From Patescibacteria group bacterium UBA661 (GTDB lineage: Bacteria; Patescibacteriota; Minisyncoccia; Phycocordibacterales; UBA918): a DNA stretch of 64,000 nucleotides. This document shows positions 47,640-56,592 of this stretch, piece by piece. The notes beneath the pieces were generated by a model. The model was given only the letters and a program-made list of their open reading frames with translations, made no database searches and was not told where the DNA came from. The stretch's first letter is position 1; each line of letters starts with the position of its first letter. Position numbers and translations under genes: made by a program. Location: positions 19,052-83,051 of the forward strand of contig DBNX01000014.1 in assembly GCA_002299465.1 (NCBI GenBank), read 5' to 3'.

Positions 47640-48050
47640 TTAGTTATAAATATTTTCTACTGGATAGCTTAAGCCACGATTGATAACTTGCTGTTCGTAA
47701 TCGGTTAACTTAAAAGCAGCAACAAACTCTTGAGTCAATTTTTCAGTATCGATAGTATCTTGGCAGGTGTACACATCAATCGTAATAAAACCACGCTTAG
47801 GGAAAGTATGAAAGCTCATATGACTTTCCGCGATTAATACAAAACCGCTAACTCCACCGGGGTCTTTTTGATTCTTGGGACCAACCTCGACCACAACTGG
47901 CTGAGAGATGGTGTGCATACCCATCGCCACCGGTATTTTCTCGAGAAAGTTACGCAAAGTCGGAATATCTTTTAACAAATCAGGATCAGCACCATAGCCA
48001 TCGAGCATATAATGTAGACCAAAGCGGGCGGTGTTTTGTTGGGTTGACAT
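47640..48050 (-). CDS. speH: S-adenosylmethionine decarboxylase proenzyme (class 1b, pyruvoyl-dependent)
   Basis: GVSGFVLIAESHMSFHTFPKRGFITIDVYTCQD aligns with the B. subtilis SpeD self-cleavage region (ESH...). Confidence 0.85.
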   Translation of the reverse strand: MSTQQNTARFGLHYMLDGYGADPDLLKDIPTLRNFLEKIPVAMGMHTISQPVVVEVGPKNQKDPGGVSGFVLIAESHMSFHTFPKRGFITIDVYTCQDTIDTEKLTQEFVAAFKLTDYEQQVINRGLSYPVENIYN

Positions 48051-48195
48051 AATATTAGGAAATATTTTTCATTATAGCATATAAAAAATATATTGTCAAA
48101 GTAAAAAATACAACATTTGTTTGACGTCTATAATGTTAACTGTTTCTAGCGTAAATAGTAACAAGCGATGTGGGGAAAGAAAATACGGCTGTAAG

Positions 48196-48681
48196 TCAGT
48201 TAGCTGCCATAATGACAAGCGGTATTAGCAGATACCAGAAACTAAAAGTCTGGTTGTTAAGCCAACTAAGCAAAGCTGGCTGGGTACCGAGAAGATCAGA
48301 AAAAGGTAAATAGTTCATAATTAAGACTAAAGCAAAAATAGTGAAAGCGATAGTCAGTAGGATTTTTTTACCGAACGATTCAAAGCGATTTTCTAGGTAT
48401 TCTGAAGGCATCACGCGGCGGAAAAAGAGAAAACCAAGCACGGTCAAAAATAAAAAACCGCCAATCGCCAAATAAGTGTTTTCGTTAACCAAGGATTGAT
48501 AGGGTTGTAGCTTAAAAAGCAAAAGTGCTAGATAGCCAGCACAAATTAAGTTTATTAAGCTCTGTCGACCACCGAAAAAAGCCCAAACCAAACCCACCGC
48601 TGCCGTGGTTAATAATATGCTGAACTCAAAAATGAAATTCTGGATTAAGCCGATATCCATTATCGTTTCATTATATCGCAC
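48196..48681 (-). CDS. hypothetical membrane protein
   Basis: 161 aa with 4-5 predicted TM helices; no motif recognised. Confidence 0.4.
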   Translation of the reverse strand: MRYNETIMDIGLIQNFIFEFSILLTTAAVGLVWAFFGGRQSLINLICAGYLALLLFKLQPYQSLVNENTYLAIGGFLFLTVLGFLFFRRVMPSEYLENRFESFGKKILLTIAFTIFALVLIMNYLPFSDLLGTQPALLSWLNNQTFSFWYLLIPLVIMAAN

Positions 48682-48774
48682 GCTTAAGAAGGATTGACTT
48701 AGAGAAATTCACACCCAGTGTTATATAGGAAACCAAAAACGCTACGCCTGAGGCGTAGCGTTTTTGGTTTCCTA

Positions 48775-49848
48775 CTAAATCCCTTCTTGACGTAATTCCT
48801 CAATAAGCTTCTCTGCTTTTTTAGATAACTTTTTCGGAAGAGCGATGTTGATTTTTATGAGTAAATCACCACGGGTGCCGTTGCCTAGGGGTACGCCCTT
48901 CCCTTTCACGCGTAGCATCTCCCCATGCGCTACACCGGTTGGGATTTTTATTTCAATAACACCATCCAGAGTTTCTACGTTATAAGCGCCACCGAGCAAA
49001 GCATCGGAAAGTTTGGTGGGAAGATTGACGTGCAAAGTAGAGCCGTCGCGCTTTATGGTGGGGTGAGATTCCACCTGAACTTTTATGTAGAGATCGCCGG
49101 GTTGTCCGTGTGGCATCGCCTCGCCTCTACCGGTCATTCTAATCACTTCCCCATTTTCAATCCCCGGCGGTATCTTGAAGGTGATTTCTTCTTGATTACG
49201 CCTAATGCCGGTACCGGCGCAGTGCCCGCAACGTTCTTTTGGTACTTCACCCCGACCCTGACAAACACTACATTCTCGCACAGTAGTAAAGCTACCCAAG
49301 ATACTTTGTCTCGTTTCGTGCAGTTTACCATTACCGCCACAAGTGACGCAGCTGCTAAGACCAGCGCCGGCTTTAGCACCGGATCCTTGACACTGTTCAC
49401 AAAGCATATTTTTGGTAACCAGAACCTTACGTTCGGTTCCAAAAATTGCTTCTTTGAAACCCAGATTGATTTCAATCGAGATATCCCGACCGCGCGCTGT
49501 ACGACTAGAGCGCGCTCCAGCAAAACCAAAACTCTCAAAAATATCATTCAAGTCGAATTCGAAGTTTCCGTTTTGAAAGCCCCCTCCGCCGGCAAAATCT
49601 TGCCAGTTAAAACCAGCCGCTCCAGCCCCCGTTCCACCACCGCTAAAAGCCCGACCGTAGCTATCGTATTCAGCTTTTTTCTTATCGTCACCCAAAACAG
49701 CGTACGCCTCGGTTATTTCTTTATATTTTGCCTCATCCCCCGTCTTTTTATCGGGGTGATACTGAGCCGCCAGCTTACGGAACGCCTTTTTAACCTCTTC
49801 TTTAGAAGCGCCCCGGGAGAGACCAAGAATTGAATAGTAATCCTTCAT
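48775..49848 (-). CDS. dnaJ: chaperone DnaJ
   Basis: J-domain (YAVLGD; HPD), a G/F region, and four CxxCxG zinc-finger repeats. Confidence 0.9.
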   Translation of the reverse strand: MKDYYSILGLSRGASKEEVKKAFRKLAAQYHPDKKTGDEAKYKEITEAYAVLGDDKKKAEYDSYGRAFSGGGTGAGAAGFNWQDFAGGGGFQNGNFEFDLNDIFESFGFAGARSSRTARGRDISIEINLGFKEAIFGTERKVLVTKNMLCEQCQGSGAKAGAGLSSCVTCGGNGKLHETRQSILGSFTTVRECSVCQGRGEVPKERCGHCAGTGIRRNQEEITFKIPPGIENGEVIRMTGRGEAMPHGQPGDLYIKVQVESHPTIKRDGSTLHVNLPTKLSDALLGGAYNVETLDGVIEIKIPTGVAHGEMLRVKGKGVPLGNGTRGDLLIKINIALPKKLSKKAEKLIEELRQEGI

Positions 49849-49916
49849 GGAAGCGTTTGCTTAGACCTAGTAATGGGTCGATTATGCCACCTTTTGCTAT
49901 TTGAGCAAGTTGTTGA

Positions 49917-51797
49917 CTATTTTGTATCTTTGTTGTCTTCTTTTATCACCTCGGCTTCCCTTTCGGCTGTATTTTCACCCGATTTTTCAGTAGTAGCAGC
50001 TTTTTGCATAATTTCGCCAATTTTTTGTAGAGCGGTAGCTAAAGCATCGGTCTTGGTTTCAATCTCAGCTTTAGTCGCCGTGGCAAAAGAGTTTTTTAGC
50101 TCAGAAATTTTTGTTTCAATCTCAGATTTTGTTTCGGCTGGTACTTTATCACCGTGTTCTTTTAGTGATTTTTCGGCATTGTAGATTAGTTGTTCGCCTT
50201 GGTTTTTAGTTTCGATCAATTCTTTTTTCAGAGCATCCTCAGAGGCGTGTTCTTCCGCTTCTTTTTTCATACGCTCGATGTCGGCTTCAGACAGACCAGA
50301 GCTGGCTTCGATGCGAATGGACTGTACTTTACCAGTAGTCTTGTCTTTGGCAGTAACATTGAGTACACCATTACTATCGACATCGAAAGTAACTTCGATT
50401 TGCGGTAAGCCACGAGGAGCAGGCGGAATCCCATCCAGTACAAATTTACCAAGTGATTTATTATCAGTCGCCATTGGTCTTTCACCTTGTACGATGTGTA
50501 TCTCGGTCGAGGTTTGGTTGTCGGCAGCAGTTGAAAAGACTTGCTGTTTTTTGGTTGGAATGTGGGTATTTTTTTCGATTAGTTTAGTGTTTACGCCACC
50601 CATCGTTTCAATGCCTAGCGAGAGTGGAATCACATCAACTAAAGTAATATCCTGCACGTCACCTTGAAAGATACCAGCTTGAATAGCAGCACCGAGTGCT
50701 ACCACCTCATCGGGATTGATGGTCTTGTTTGGTTCCTTGCCAAAGAGTTCCTTGACCGCGTTCTGAATTGCCGGCATTCGGGTTTGCCCACCGACTAAAA
50801 TAATCTCGTCAATCTCCTCTTTCTTGAGACCCGAAGCGGACAAAGCTCGTTTGGTGATTTCGATTGATTTATCAACGTAGCGATGTGCTAATTCTTCTAA
50901 TTTAGCACGTGTGAGCTTGATTAGAAGGTGTTTAGGACCATTAGCATCGGAAGTGATGAAAGGAATATTGACTTCCGTCTCAGCGGTGGTGGAGAGCTCG
51001 TGTTTAGCTTTCTCCGCCGCTTCATCAAGCCGTTGCAGAGCTAATTTATCCTTACCGATATCAATACCCTCTGACTTACGGAATTCTTCAATCAAAAAGC
51101 GAACAATTTCTTGGTCAATATCTCGACCGCCCATATGAGCATCGCCATCAGTTGACTGTACCTCAACCACATCATCACCCACCTCTAGTACTGTCACGTC
51201 AAAAGTACCGCCACCAAAGTCGTAGACGACAATTTTTTCCTCTTTTTTCTTGTTGAAACCGTAGGCTAGAGCGGCGGCAGTGGGTTCATTGATAATACGC
51301 CTCACTTCAAGACCGGCGATTTTGCCAGCGTCTTGCGTAGCTTTGCGTTGGGAATCGTTAAAGTAAGCGGGTACAGTGATCACTGCTTCGGTTATTTTTT
51401 CACCCAGTTTGGCTTCCGCATCCGCTTTTAATTTAGAGAGAATCATCGCGGAAACTTCTTCTGGACGATAGTCTTTTCCGCCCATCACTACCACCGCACC
51501 ACCGTCAGCGCTTTTTTTAACTTCATACGGAACAATCGCTTTGTCTTTCTGGACCGCCTCCTCTTCATAGGTGTGTCCCATAAAGCGTTTAATGCCATAA
51601 ATGGTGTTGGTGGGATTGGTGACCGCTTGTCGTTTAGCAATTTGTCCAACCAAACGTTCGCCGGTTTTTGAAATCGCCACAATTGACGGCGTGGTGCGAT
51701 TGCCTTCACTATTTTCAATTATGCGCGGTTCGCCTGCTTCAATGATGGCGACTGCCGAGTTGGTAGTACCAAGATCAATACCTAGAATTTTTGCCAT
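49917..51797 (-). CDS. dnaK: chaperone DnaK (Hsp70)
   Basis: [25 protein letters not shown], and the rest of the Hsp70 signature set; 626 aa. Confidence 0.95.
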   Translation of the reverse strand: MAKILGIDLGTTNSAVAIIEAGEPRIIENSEGNRTTPSIVAISKTGERLVGQIAKRQAVTNPTNTIYGIKRFMGHTYEEEAVQKDKAIVPYEVKKSADGGAVVVMGGKDYRPEEVSAMILSKLKADAEAKLGEKITEAVITVPAYFNDSQRKATQDAGKIAGLEVRRIINEPTAAALAYGFNKKKEEKIVVYDFGGGTFDVTVLEVGDDVVEVQSTDGDAHMGGRDIDQEIVRFLIEEFRKSEGIDIGKDKLALQRLDEAAEKAKHELSTTAETEVNIPFITSDANGPKHLLIKLTRAKLEELAHRYVDKSIEITKRALSASGLKKEEIDEIILVGGQTRMPAIQNAVKELFGKEPNKTINPDEVVALGAAIQAGIFQGDVQDITLVDVIPLSLGIETMGGVNTKLIEKNTHIPTKKQQVFSTAADNQTSTEIHIVQGERPMATDNKSLGKFVLDGIPPAPRGLPQIEVTFDVDSNGVLNVTAKDKTTGKVQSIRIEASSGLSEADIERMKKEAEEHASEDALKKELIETKNQGEQLIYNAEKSLKEHGDKVPAETKSEIETKISELKNSFATATKAEIETKTDALATALQKIGEIMQKAATTEKSGENTAEREAEVIKEDNKDTK

Positions 51798-51824
51798 AGA
51801 TGATTTGTTGTAAGTGTTAGTTAA

Positions 51825-52436
51825 TTAATTTTGTTCAAAGACCCCAATCACTACTCGCGCTGGTCTGATTGATTCGGGCTGATCATTACTGTTCTTGATG
51901 GCATAGCCGGGTTGAATAATGGTGACAATTTTATCATGCAACTCTTTGTCTGTAACTGGAATTGTGGAGAGGGCTTCGTGTTGGTAGGGATCAAATTTTT
52001 CTCCAACGGGATTTATTTTCTTTACTCCGTACTGCGTCATAATGCTGTTTAATTGTGCATAAATTCCCTCAATGCCCTTCCGCCAATTAGCATCAGCTTT
52101 TTCCCAAATTTCCTTGTTTGCCATCGCTAATTCAAAACTGTCACAAAGCGGTATCAGCTGTTCCATGTGCTTGAACGTCAACCGCTCCCGGTCGCGTAAG
52201 CGTTCCTCATCGAGGCGTTTTCTGGCATTAAGGAAATCAGCTTTAGTTCTTTGTAAGTCTTCCTGTAACAAACGTTTTTCTGCTTCTAAATCTTTCAATT
52301 TTTTCTTCAGTGAACTAATAATGTTTTGTTGGTTTTCTTCAATCTCTGTTATTTCAGGATCGGGTAAAATGTCGTTTTCAGTGGTGATTTCTACTTCATC
52401 CTGAGTCGTTGCTTCGTTATTATTTCTATTCACCAT
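51825..52436 (-). CDS. grpE: nucleotide exchange factor GrpE
   Basis: Coiled-coil N-terminus followed by a GrpE domain; immediately upstream of dnaK. Confidence 0.85.
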   Translation of the reverse strand: MVNRNNNEATTQDEVEITTENDILPDPEITEIEENQQNIISSLKKKLKDLEAEKRLLQEDLQRTKADFLNARKRLDEERLRDRERLTFKHMEQLIPLCDSFELAMANKEIWEKADANWRKGIEGIYAQLNSIMTQYGVKKINPVGEKFDPYQHEALSTIPVTDKELHDKIVTIIQPGYAIKNSNDQPESIRPARVVIGVFEQN

Positions 52437-52442
52437 AGTATC

Positions 52443-52471
52443 ATTATAAATACAAAATATTTGCTTGTCAA
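52443..52471 (-). promoter_or_regulatory. consensus sigma70 promoter TTGACA-17-TATAAT for grpE-dnaK-dnaJ
   Basis: On the minus strand: ttgaca (52466-52471), 17-nt spacer, tataat (52443-52448). Confidence 0.55.
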
Positions 52472-52514
52472 AAAATGTGACTTTGGCAGCCTAAAATAGC
52501 ACTAACAACAAAAA

Positions 52515-52540
52515 ACAAGACTCCGCGTGGGGAGTCTTGT
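52515..52540 (-). terminator. rho-independent terminator after rpsI
   Basis: On the minus strand: acaagactcc-ccacgc-ggagtcttgt followed by TTTTTTGTTGTT. Confidence 0.6.
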
Positions 52541-52547
52541 TTTAAGT

Positions 52548-52958
52548 CTAGCGCTTTGACCAGGCGGGGCGTTTGCGTGCTTTGCGCAGGCCGAATTTCT
52601 TACGCTCGACTGAACGCTGATCGCGCTTAAGAAGACCCTCACGTTTAAGTGGGGTGCGTCGAATGGCCTTTTCAGCGACTAAAGCCCGTGCAATTCCGAG
52701 CTTGATGGCATCTGATTGAGCAGAAAGACCACCGCCTAGAACTTTTATTGAAACCGCGTAGCATTCAATGCCAGCATCTTTTGTTTCGAGTACCGATTGC
52801 AGATTTTGTTGTAAGGCAGCGTGCTTAAAGTAAGCATCCAGAGTTTTTCCATTTACAGTAAAAACGGTTTCTTTAGCTGGGGTCAATCGGACACGAGCTG
52901 TCGCGGTCTTGCGTCGACCAATGCCCTCGGTGTATTTAGTTATTTTTGCAGTAGTCAT
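52548..52958 (-). CDS. rpsI: 30S ribosomal protein S9
   Basis: GRRK.A.ARV N-terminus and C-terminal GGG...Q..A...GIARAL....R..LK..G.L.RD.R..ERKK.G..KARK. Confidence 0.9.
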   Translation of the reverse strand: MTTAKITKYTEGIGRRKTATARVRLTPAKETVFTVNGKTLDAYFKHAALQQNLQSVLETKDAGIECYAVSIKVLGGGLSAQSDAIKLGIARALVAEKAIRRTPLKREGLLKRDQRSVERKKFGLRKARKRPAWSKR

Positions 52959-52962
52959 AAAT

Positions 52963-53325
52963 TTATTCGGTTACAACAAGTTGTTTGAGTAATTGCTTTT
53001 TAAGCTTGTTGTTAGGAAGCATGCCAGCCACTGTCCGACGAACCACTTCAGCATAACCCCGACGGGTCGCCAACCTACCGAGAGTTTCTACCCTCCGTCC
53101 CCCCGGGTAGCCAGAGTAGGTCTGGTAAATCTCAGTTCTTTTCTTTTCTGAAATATCAAGCTTGCTCACATTGTTAATGCTGACAGTCACGTCTTCAACC
53201 GTGTGGCGAGCAAAATCAGTAGCGTGTTTACCGAGCAACACTGCAGCCGCTTCAGTTGCCACTTTACCCAAACGTTTGTTGGTAGCGTCAATTTGGTAAT
53301 TTTTGGTAGTAATTATTTGAGTCAT
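52963..53325 (-). CDS. rplM: 50S ribosomal protein L13
   Basis: IDATNKRLGKVATE aligns with L13 VDATGKTLGRLAT. The Met at 53325 is chosen over the ORF-track start at 53346 because it matches the E. coli N-terminus and removes the overlap with rplQ. Confidence 0.85.
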   Translation of the reverse strand: MTQIITTKNYQIDATNKRLGKVATEAAAVLLGKHATDFARHTVEDVTVSINNVSKLDISEKKRTEIYQTYSGYPGGRRVETLGRLATRRGYAEVVRRTVAGMLPNNKLKKQLLKQLVVTE

Positions 53326-53335
53326 AATAAATAAG

Positions 53336-53692
53336 TTACGCAACAAATTCGATAACTGCTAGATCTCGACCAGACTTCGTTCTTCCCATTTTTATTACTC
53401 GCGTGTAGCCACCGTTACGTTCTGTGAACTTAGGAGCGATTTCAGTAAAAAGTTTTTTAATCACATCATCTTTTGGTTCACCGAGTCGGCTAGCAACTAG
53501 GCGTCGTGAAGCGATAGTGTTGCGTTTAGCAAAAGTTACCAAACGTTCGATTCGCGGTTGCAATTCTTTAGCCTTAGCAGCGGTGGTAGTGATTTTACCA
53601 GTTTCAATTAGCGAGACCGAAAGACCACGCAAAAGTGCGGTACGTTGTCCGGCGCTACGACTGAGGGTGCGATTTTTGTTGGCGTGTCTCAT
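53336..53692 (-). CDS. rplQ: 50S ribosomal protein L17
   Basis: MRHANKNRTLSRSAGQRTALLRGL; 118 aa. Confidence 0.9.
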   Translation of the reverse strand: MRHANKNRTLSRSAGQRTALLRGLSVSLIETGKITTTAAKAKELQPRIERLVTFAKRNTIASRRLVASRLGEPKDDVIKKLFTEIAPKFTERNGGYTRVIKMGRTKSGRDLAVIEFVA

Positions 53693-53702
53693 AGGTTTTT
53701 AA

Positions 53703-54662
53703 TTAATCAGCGAGCGATAGGTCCATTTTTTCAAGAAGAGTTACAATTTCTTCCAGACCTTTTGGTCCAATCCCATCGAGGGCTAGAATATCATCTTTTT
53801 TCTTTCGCACAAGTCCACCGACGGTTCTGATACTCGCTCCCTCTAAAGCTTGTAGAGTCCGAGCGGAAACATCGAGAGTTTCAATCCTAGTCTTCAGAAT
53901 ATCTGGATTGGGACCGGTGGCAGTGTCGGTTACCTCAGCCGCTACTGGGGCGGGTGCTGAAGAAAAATTGTCTTGAAAACCAATTACAGCTTTAAGCTGA
54001 TGAATCATAATGGCAATAGCTTGTTCTAGGGCTTCGCGCGGAGTGAACGTGCCGTCAGTTTCGATGGAAACCCGCAGGCGGTTGTAGTCAGTTCGATCCC
54101 CAACGCGCATATTCTCCACTTCATAATTAGCACGTCTGATTGGTGTAAAAACTGCGTCAATAGCAATGGTGCCGATTTCTACCTTGTCGCGTTGGTGTAC
54201 TTCGCGTGGTACATAACCTAGTCCTTTTTCAACTAGAATTTCCATCTCGAGAGTAGTCGATTTGGCGGTAATCTCAGCAATTGGTTGTTCCGGATTTAAT
54301 ATTTGGACTTGGCTGGGTGCGATTATGTCAGCAGCCGTGACAATTCCAACACCAGATTTTTTGAGAGAAATCCTAATTGGTTCGTCGCTGTGGAGAGCCA
54401 GACGAATACGCTTGAGGTTAAGCAAGATTGTTATCACATCCTCGCGCACTCCAGCCAGAGTACTAAACTCGTGTGCGGCTCCCTCAATTTTAACTTGAGT
54501 AATCGCCGCTCCTGGCAAAGAGGATAATATAATACGGCGTAGTGAGTTGCCTAGAGTGTGACCATATCCGGGATAGAGTCCGTCTATTTCAAAAACTCCG
54601 TGAAAATCATCTTCAGAAACAACGCGTGGCTTTGATGGTAGGGTAATGTTGGTCTCTAACAT
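53703..54662 (-). CDS. rpoA: DNA-directed RNA polymerase subunit alpha
   Basis: N-terminal dimerisation domain (GHTLGNSLRRILLSS) and alpha-CTD; 319 aa; located between rpsD and rplQ. Confidence 0.9.
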   Translation of the reverse strand: MLETNITLPSKPRVVSEDDFHGVFEIDGLYPGYGHTLGNSLRRIILSSLPGAAITQVKIEGAAHEFSTLAGVREDVITILLNLKRIRLALHSDEPIRISLKKSGVGIVTAADIIAPSQVQILNPEQPIAEITAKSTTLEMEILVEKGLGYVPREVHQRDKVEIGTIAIDAVFTPIRRANYEVENMRVGDRTDYNRLRVSIETDGTFTPREALEQAIAIMIHQLKAVIGFQDNFSSAPAPVAAEVTDTATGPNPDILKTRIETLDVSARTLQALEGASIRTVGGLVRKKKDDILALDGIGPKGLEEIVTLLEKMDLSLAD

Positions 54663-54705
54663 AGTATTGATGTACTTAAAAAACTTTAATAACCTAATTT
54701 GTTCT

Positions 54706-55311
54706 CTAGCGACTGTAGAACTCCATTACCTGTTCTGGATCAAATAGCGTTTCTGAGGGATTGTAAGTCGGAATACTGACGACAGTAGCAGTTAACTTTT
54801 TTGCATCAAGCTTAAGCCAGGTTGGCACTACAGATTGTTCCGCTCGTTCAGAAAAAGCTGTAAATAGAGCGGAGGGCTTGCTCCCTTCTCTAACCGTAAT
54901 CACATCACCTACGGTTACTTTATGTGATGGAATATTCAAGCGTTTGCCGTTTACGACAATGTGACCGTGCGAAACCATCTGTCTGGCCTGGAGTCGGGTT
55001 TTAGCAAAATCAAGACGATAGACGACGTTATCCAGACGAGACTCCAAGCGCTCCATCAAGTGGTTAATAGGTTGGTGTCCAGAAGCAATCGCTTCATTAA
55101 CGTAGCGACGTAGTTGTTTTTCTGTTACGGCATAGCTGAAGCGCATTTTTTGCTTTTCTATAAATTGACGCTTATAGTCACTAGACTGACCGCCGCGTTG
55201 CCTGGTTCTACCAGCGCGAGCTTGGGATATTTCGAATTTTTGCGATTGCGTTTTTTCGAAAATAGCTGCTCCTAAGCGTTTCGCAATTTTAAATTTTGGT
55301 CCGATTTTCAT
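54706..55311 (-). CDS. rpsD: 30S ribosomal protein S4
   Basis: MKIGPKFKIAKRLG... and an S4 RNA-binding domain (RLD.VV.RLG...TR..ARQ.V.HGH..VNG). Confidence 0.9.
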   Translation of the reverse strand: MKIGPKFKIAKRLGAAIFEKTQSQKFEISQARAGRTRQRGGQSSDYKRQFIEKQKMRFSYAVTEKQLRRYVNEAIASGHQPINHLMERLESRLDNVVYRLDFAKTRLQARQMVSHGHIVVNGKRLNIPSHKVTVGDVITVREGSKPSALFTAFSERAEQSVVPTWLKLDAKKLTATVVSIPTYNPSETLFDPEQVMEFYSR

Positions 55312-55323
55312 AATATAAATAAA

Positions 55324-55755
55324 TTAGACACGACGAGGCTTGGGGGGCTTCGTTCCATTAAACGGTATTGGTGTCATATCTGTAATATTTGTGATACCGA
55401 TACCTTTGCCAGTAAAACCACGCAGAGCTGATTCTCGTCCGGCGCCCACTCCGCGAATAATAACCTCAGCCTCTTTCATCCCCATTTGTTGGGCTTTTTC
55501 ACCAATAATTTCACCAACTTTAGCAGCTGCAAAGGGTGTGCTTTTACGTGAACCCTTAAAGCCTAAGGCGCCACTCGAAGCGCTCATCACAGCATTGCCT
55601 TTTGGATCGCAAAGCGTCACTATCGTGTTGTTAAAAGTTGCCAATATATTAAGTTTACCATTAGCTAATTTGCGCTTTGGTATACGGTTAAGAGCGCGCG
55701 ATGTACCCGCTACGTCTGAACCACCTCCCTTCTTTATGATACGTTTCTTACCCAT
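55324..55755 (-). CDS. rpsK: 30S ribosomal protein S11
   Basis: NNTIVT..D..GN......SGA.GFKGS.K.TPFAAQ; 143 aa. Confidence 0.9.
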   Translation of the reverse strand: MGKKRIIKKGGGSDVAGTSRALNRIPKRKLANGKLNILATFNNTIVTLCDPKGNAVMSASSGALGFKGSRKSTPFAAAKVGEIIGEKAQQMGMKEAEVIIRGVGAGRESALRGFTGKGIGITNITDMTPIPFNGTKPPKPRRV

Positions 55756-55795
55756 ATGCCTTTACGTAACAATTAATAAATAATAAAACTACTTT

Positions 55796-56173
55796 TTAAG
55801 TCTTTTCTAACTTACGGCGACCACTACCCATCGTCTTCTTTACTCCCTTAAGAGTGCGAGCGTTAGTCTTAGTACGCTGACCACGCGCCGGAAGACGCTT
55901 GGCGTGCCGAGAGCCGCGGTAGGATTGGATGTCTTTTAAGCGCTTGATGTTTGCTGAAATTTCACGTTTTAAGTCCCCTTCAATTTTATAGGACTCAACT
56001 TTTTCGCGGATTGCATTCTCTTGTTCGGTGGAAAGTTCGGTGGGTTTGATGGTGGGATCAATTTTTAGTTCAGCCAAAAGAGTTTTGGCTCTAGATAAGC
56101 CAATGCCGTAGACCGCCGTTAAGGCGTAGGCCATTTGCTTTTCATCAGGAATCGTTATACCAGAAATTCTCAT
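55796..56173 (-). CDS. rpsM: 30S ribosomal protein S13
   Basis: MRISGI.IP..K....ALT.IYGIG...A; 125 aa. Confidence 0.9.
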   Translation of the reverse strand: MRISGITIPDEKQMAYALTAVYGIGLSRAKTLLAELKIDPTIKPTELSTEQENAIREKVESYKIEGDLKREISANIKRLKDIQSYRGSRHAKRLPARGQRTKTNARTLKGVKKTMGSGRRKLEKT

Positions 56174-56182
56174 AAAAATATA

Positions 56183-56299
56183 TTAACCTTGACGTTGCTT
56201 ATGTCTTGGCTTTTTTTTATTTATAACAAAAACCACACCACGACGTTTTACAATAACATCGTCGGGGCTCATTTTTTTGACTGATGATCTAACTTTCAT
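56183..56299 (-). CDS. rpmJ: 50S ribosomal protein L36, cysteine-less variant
   Basis: Hand translation gives [38 protein letters not shown] (38 aa), matching L36 (MKVRASVKK...RRG.V.VIC.NPKHKQRQG). This ORF is not in the supplied track because it is under 60 aa. The Zn-ligand Cys/His are replaced by S/P/D/N. Confidence 0.75.
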   Translation of the reverse strand: MKVRSSVKKMSPDDVIVKRRGVVFVINKKKPRHKQRQG

Positions 56300-56306
56300 A
56301 TTTTTT

Positions 56307-56534
56307 TTAAAGTCTTTTCGTAATTCGCGCTTTTCCACCGTAAGGATCCATAACCATACCAACTTTATCGCCGACTAAAACTCGGATGCGAAACTTCCGC
56401 ATCTTACCTGCTAAGTAAGCGATTTTAAGTTCTTTCGTGTCGTCTATGATAACACGAAAAAGAGCATTAGGCAGAGCTTCCTCCACGGTGCCGTAAGTCA
56501 ACTCGTCTTTAACATCTTGGTCTTTCTGATCCAT
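56307..56534 (-). CDS. infA: translation initiation factor IF-1
   Basis: S1-like OB fold (G.V.E.LPN..FRV......E....LAGKMRK..IR.L.GDKV); 75 aa. Confidence 0.85.
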   Translation of the reverse strand: MDQKDQDVKDELTYGTVEEALPNALFRVIIDDTKELKIAYLAGKMRKFRIRVLVGDKVGMVMDPYGGKARITKRL

Positions 56535-56592
56535 TAAACGACGCTGAGTTTAACAGACTGCCAGAGAATGGTCAAGTGTTTAATACACAGGT

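Noticed and set aside
48925-49833. 302-aa ORF on the plus strand
   Set aside because: It is entirely antisense to dnaJ, whose J-domain and CxxCxG repeats are unambiguous. The translation is low-complexity (Thr/Ser/Phe-rich) and consistent with a shadow ORF.
52480-52520. CIRCE heat-shock operator upstream of grpE
   Set aside because: Only one partial half-site (TTAGTGCTA) is present. The second inverted half, 9 nt away, is missing.
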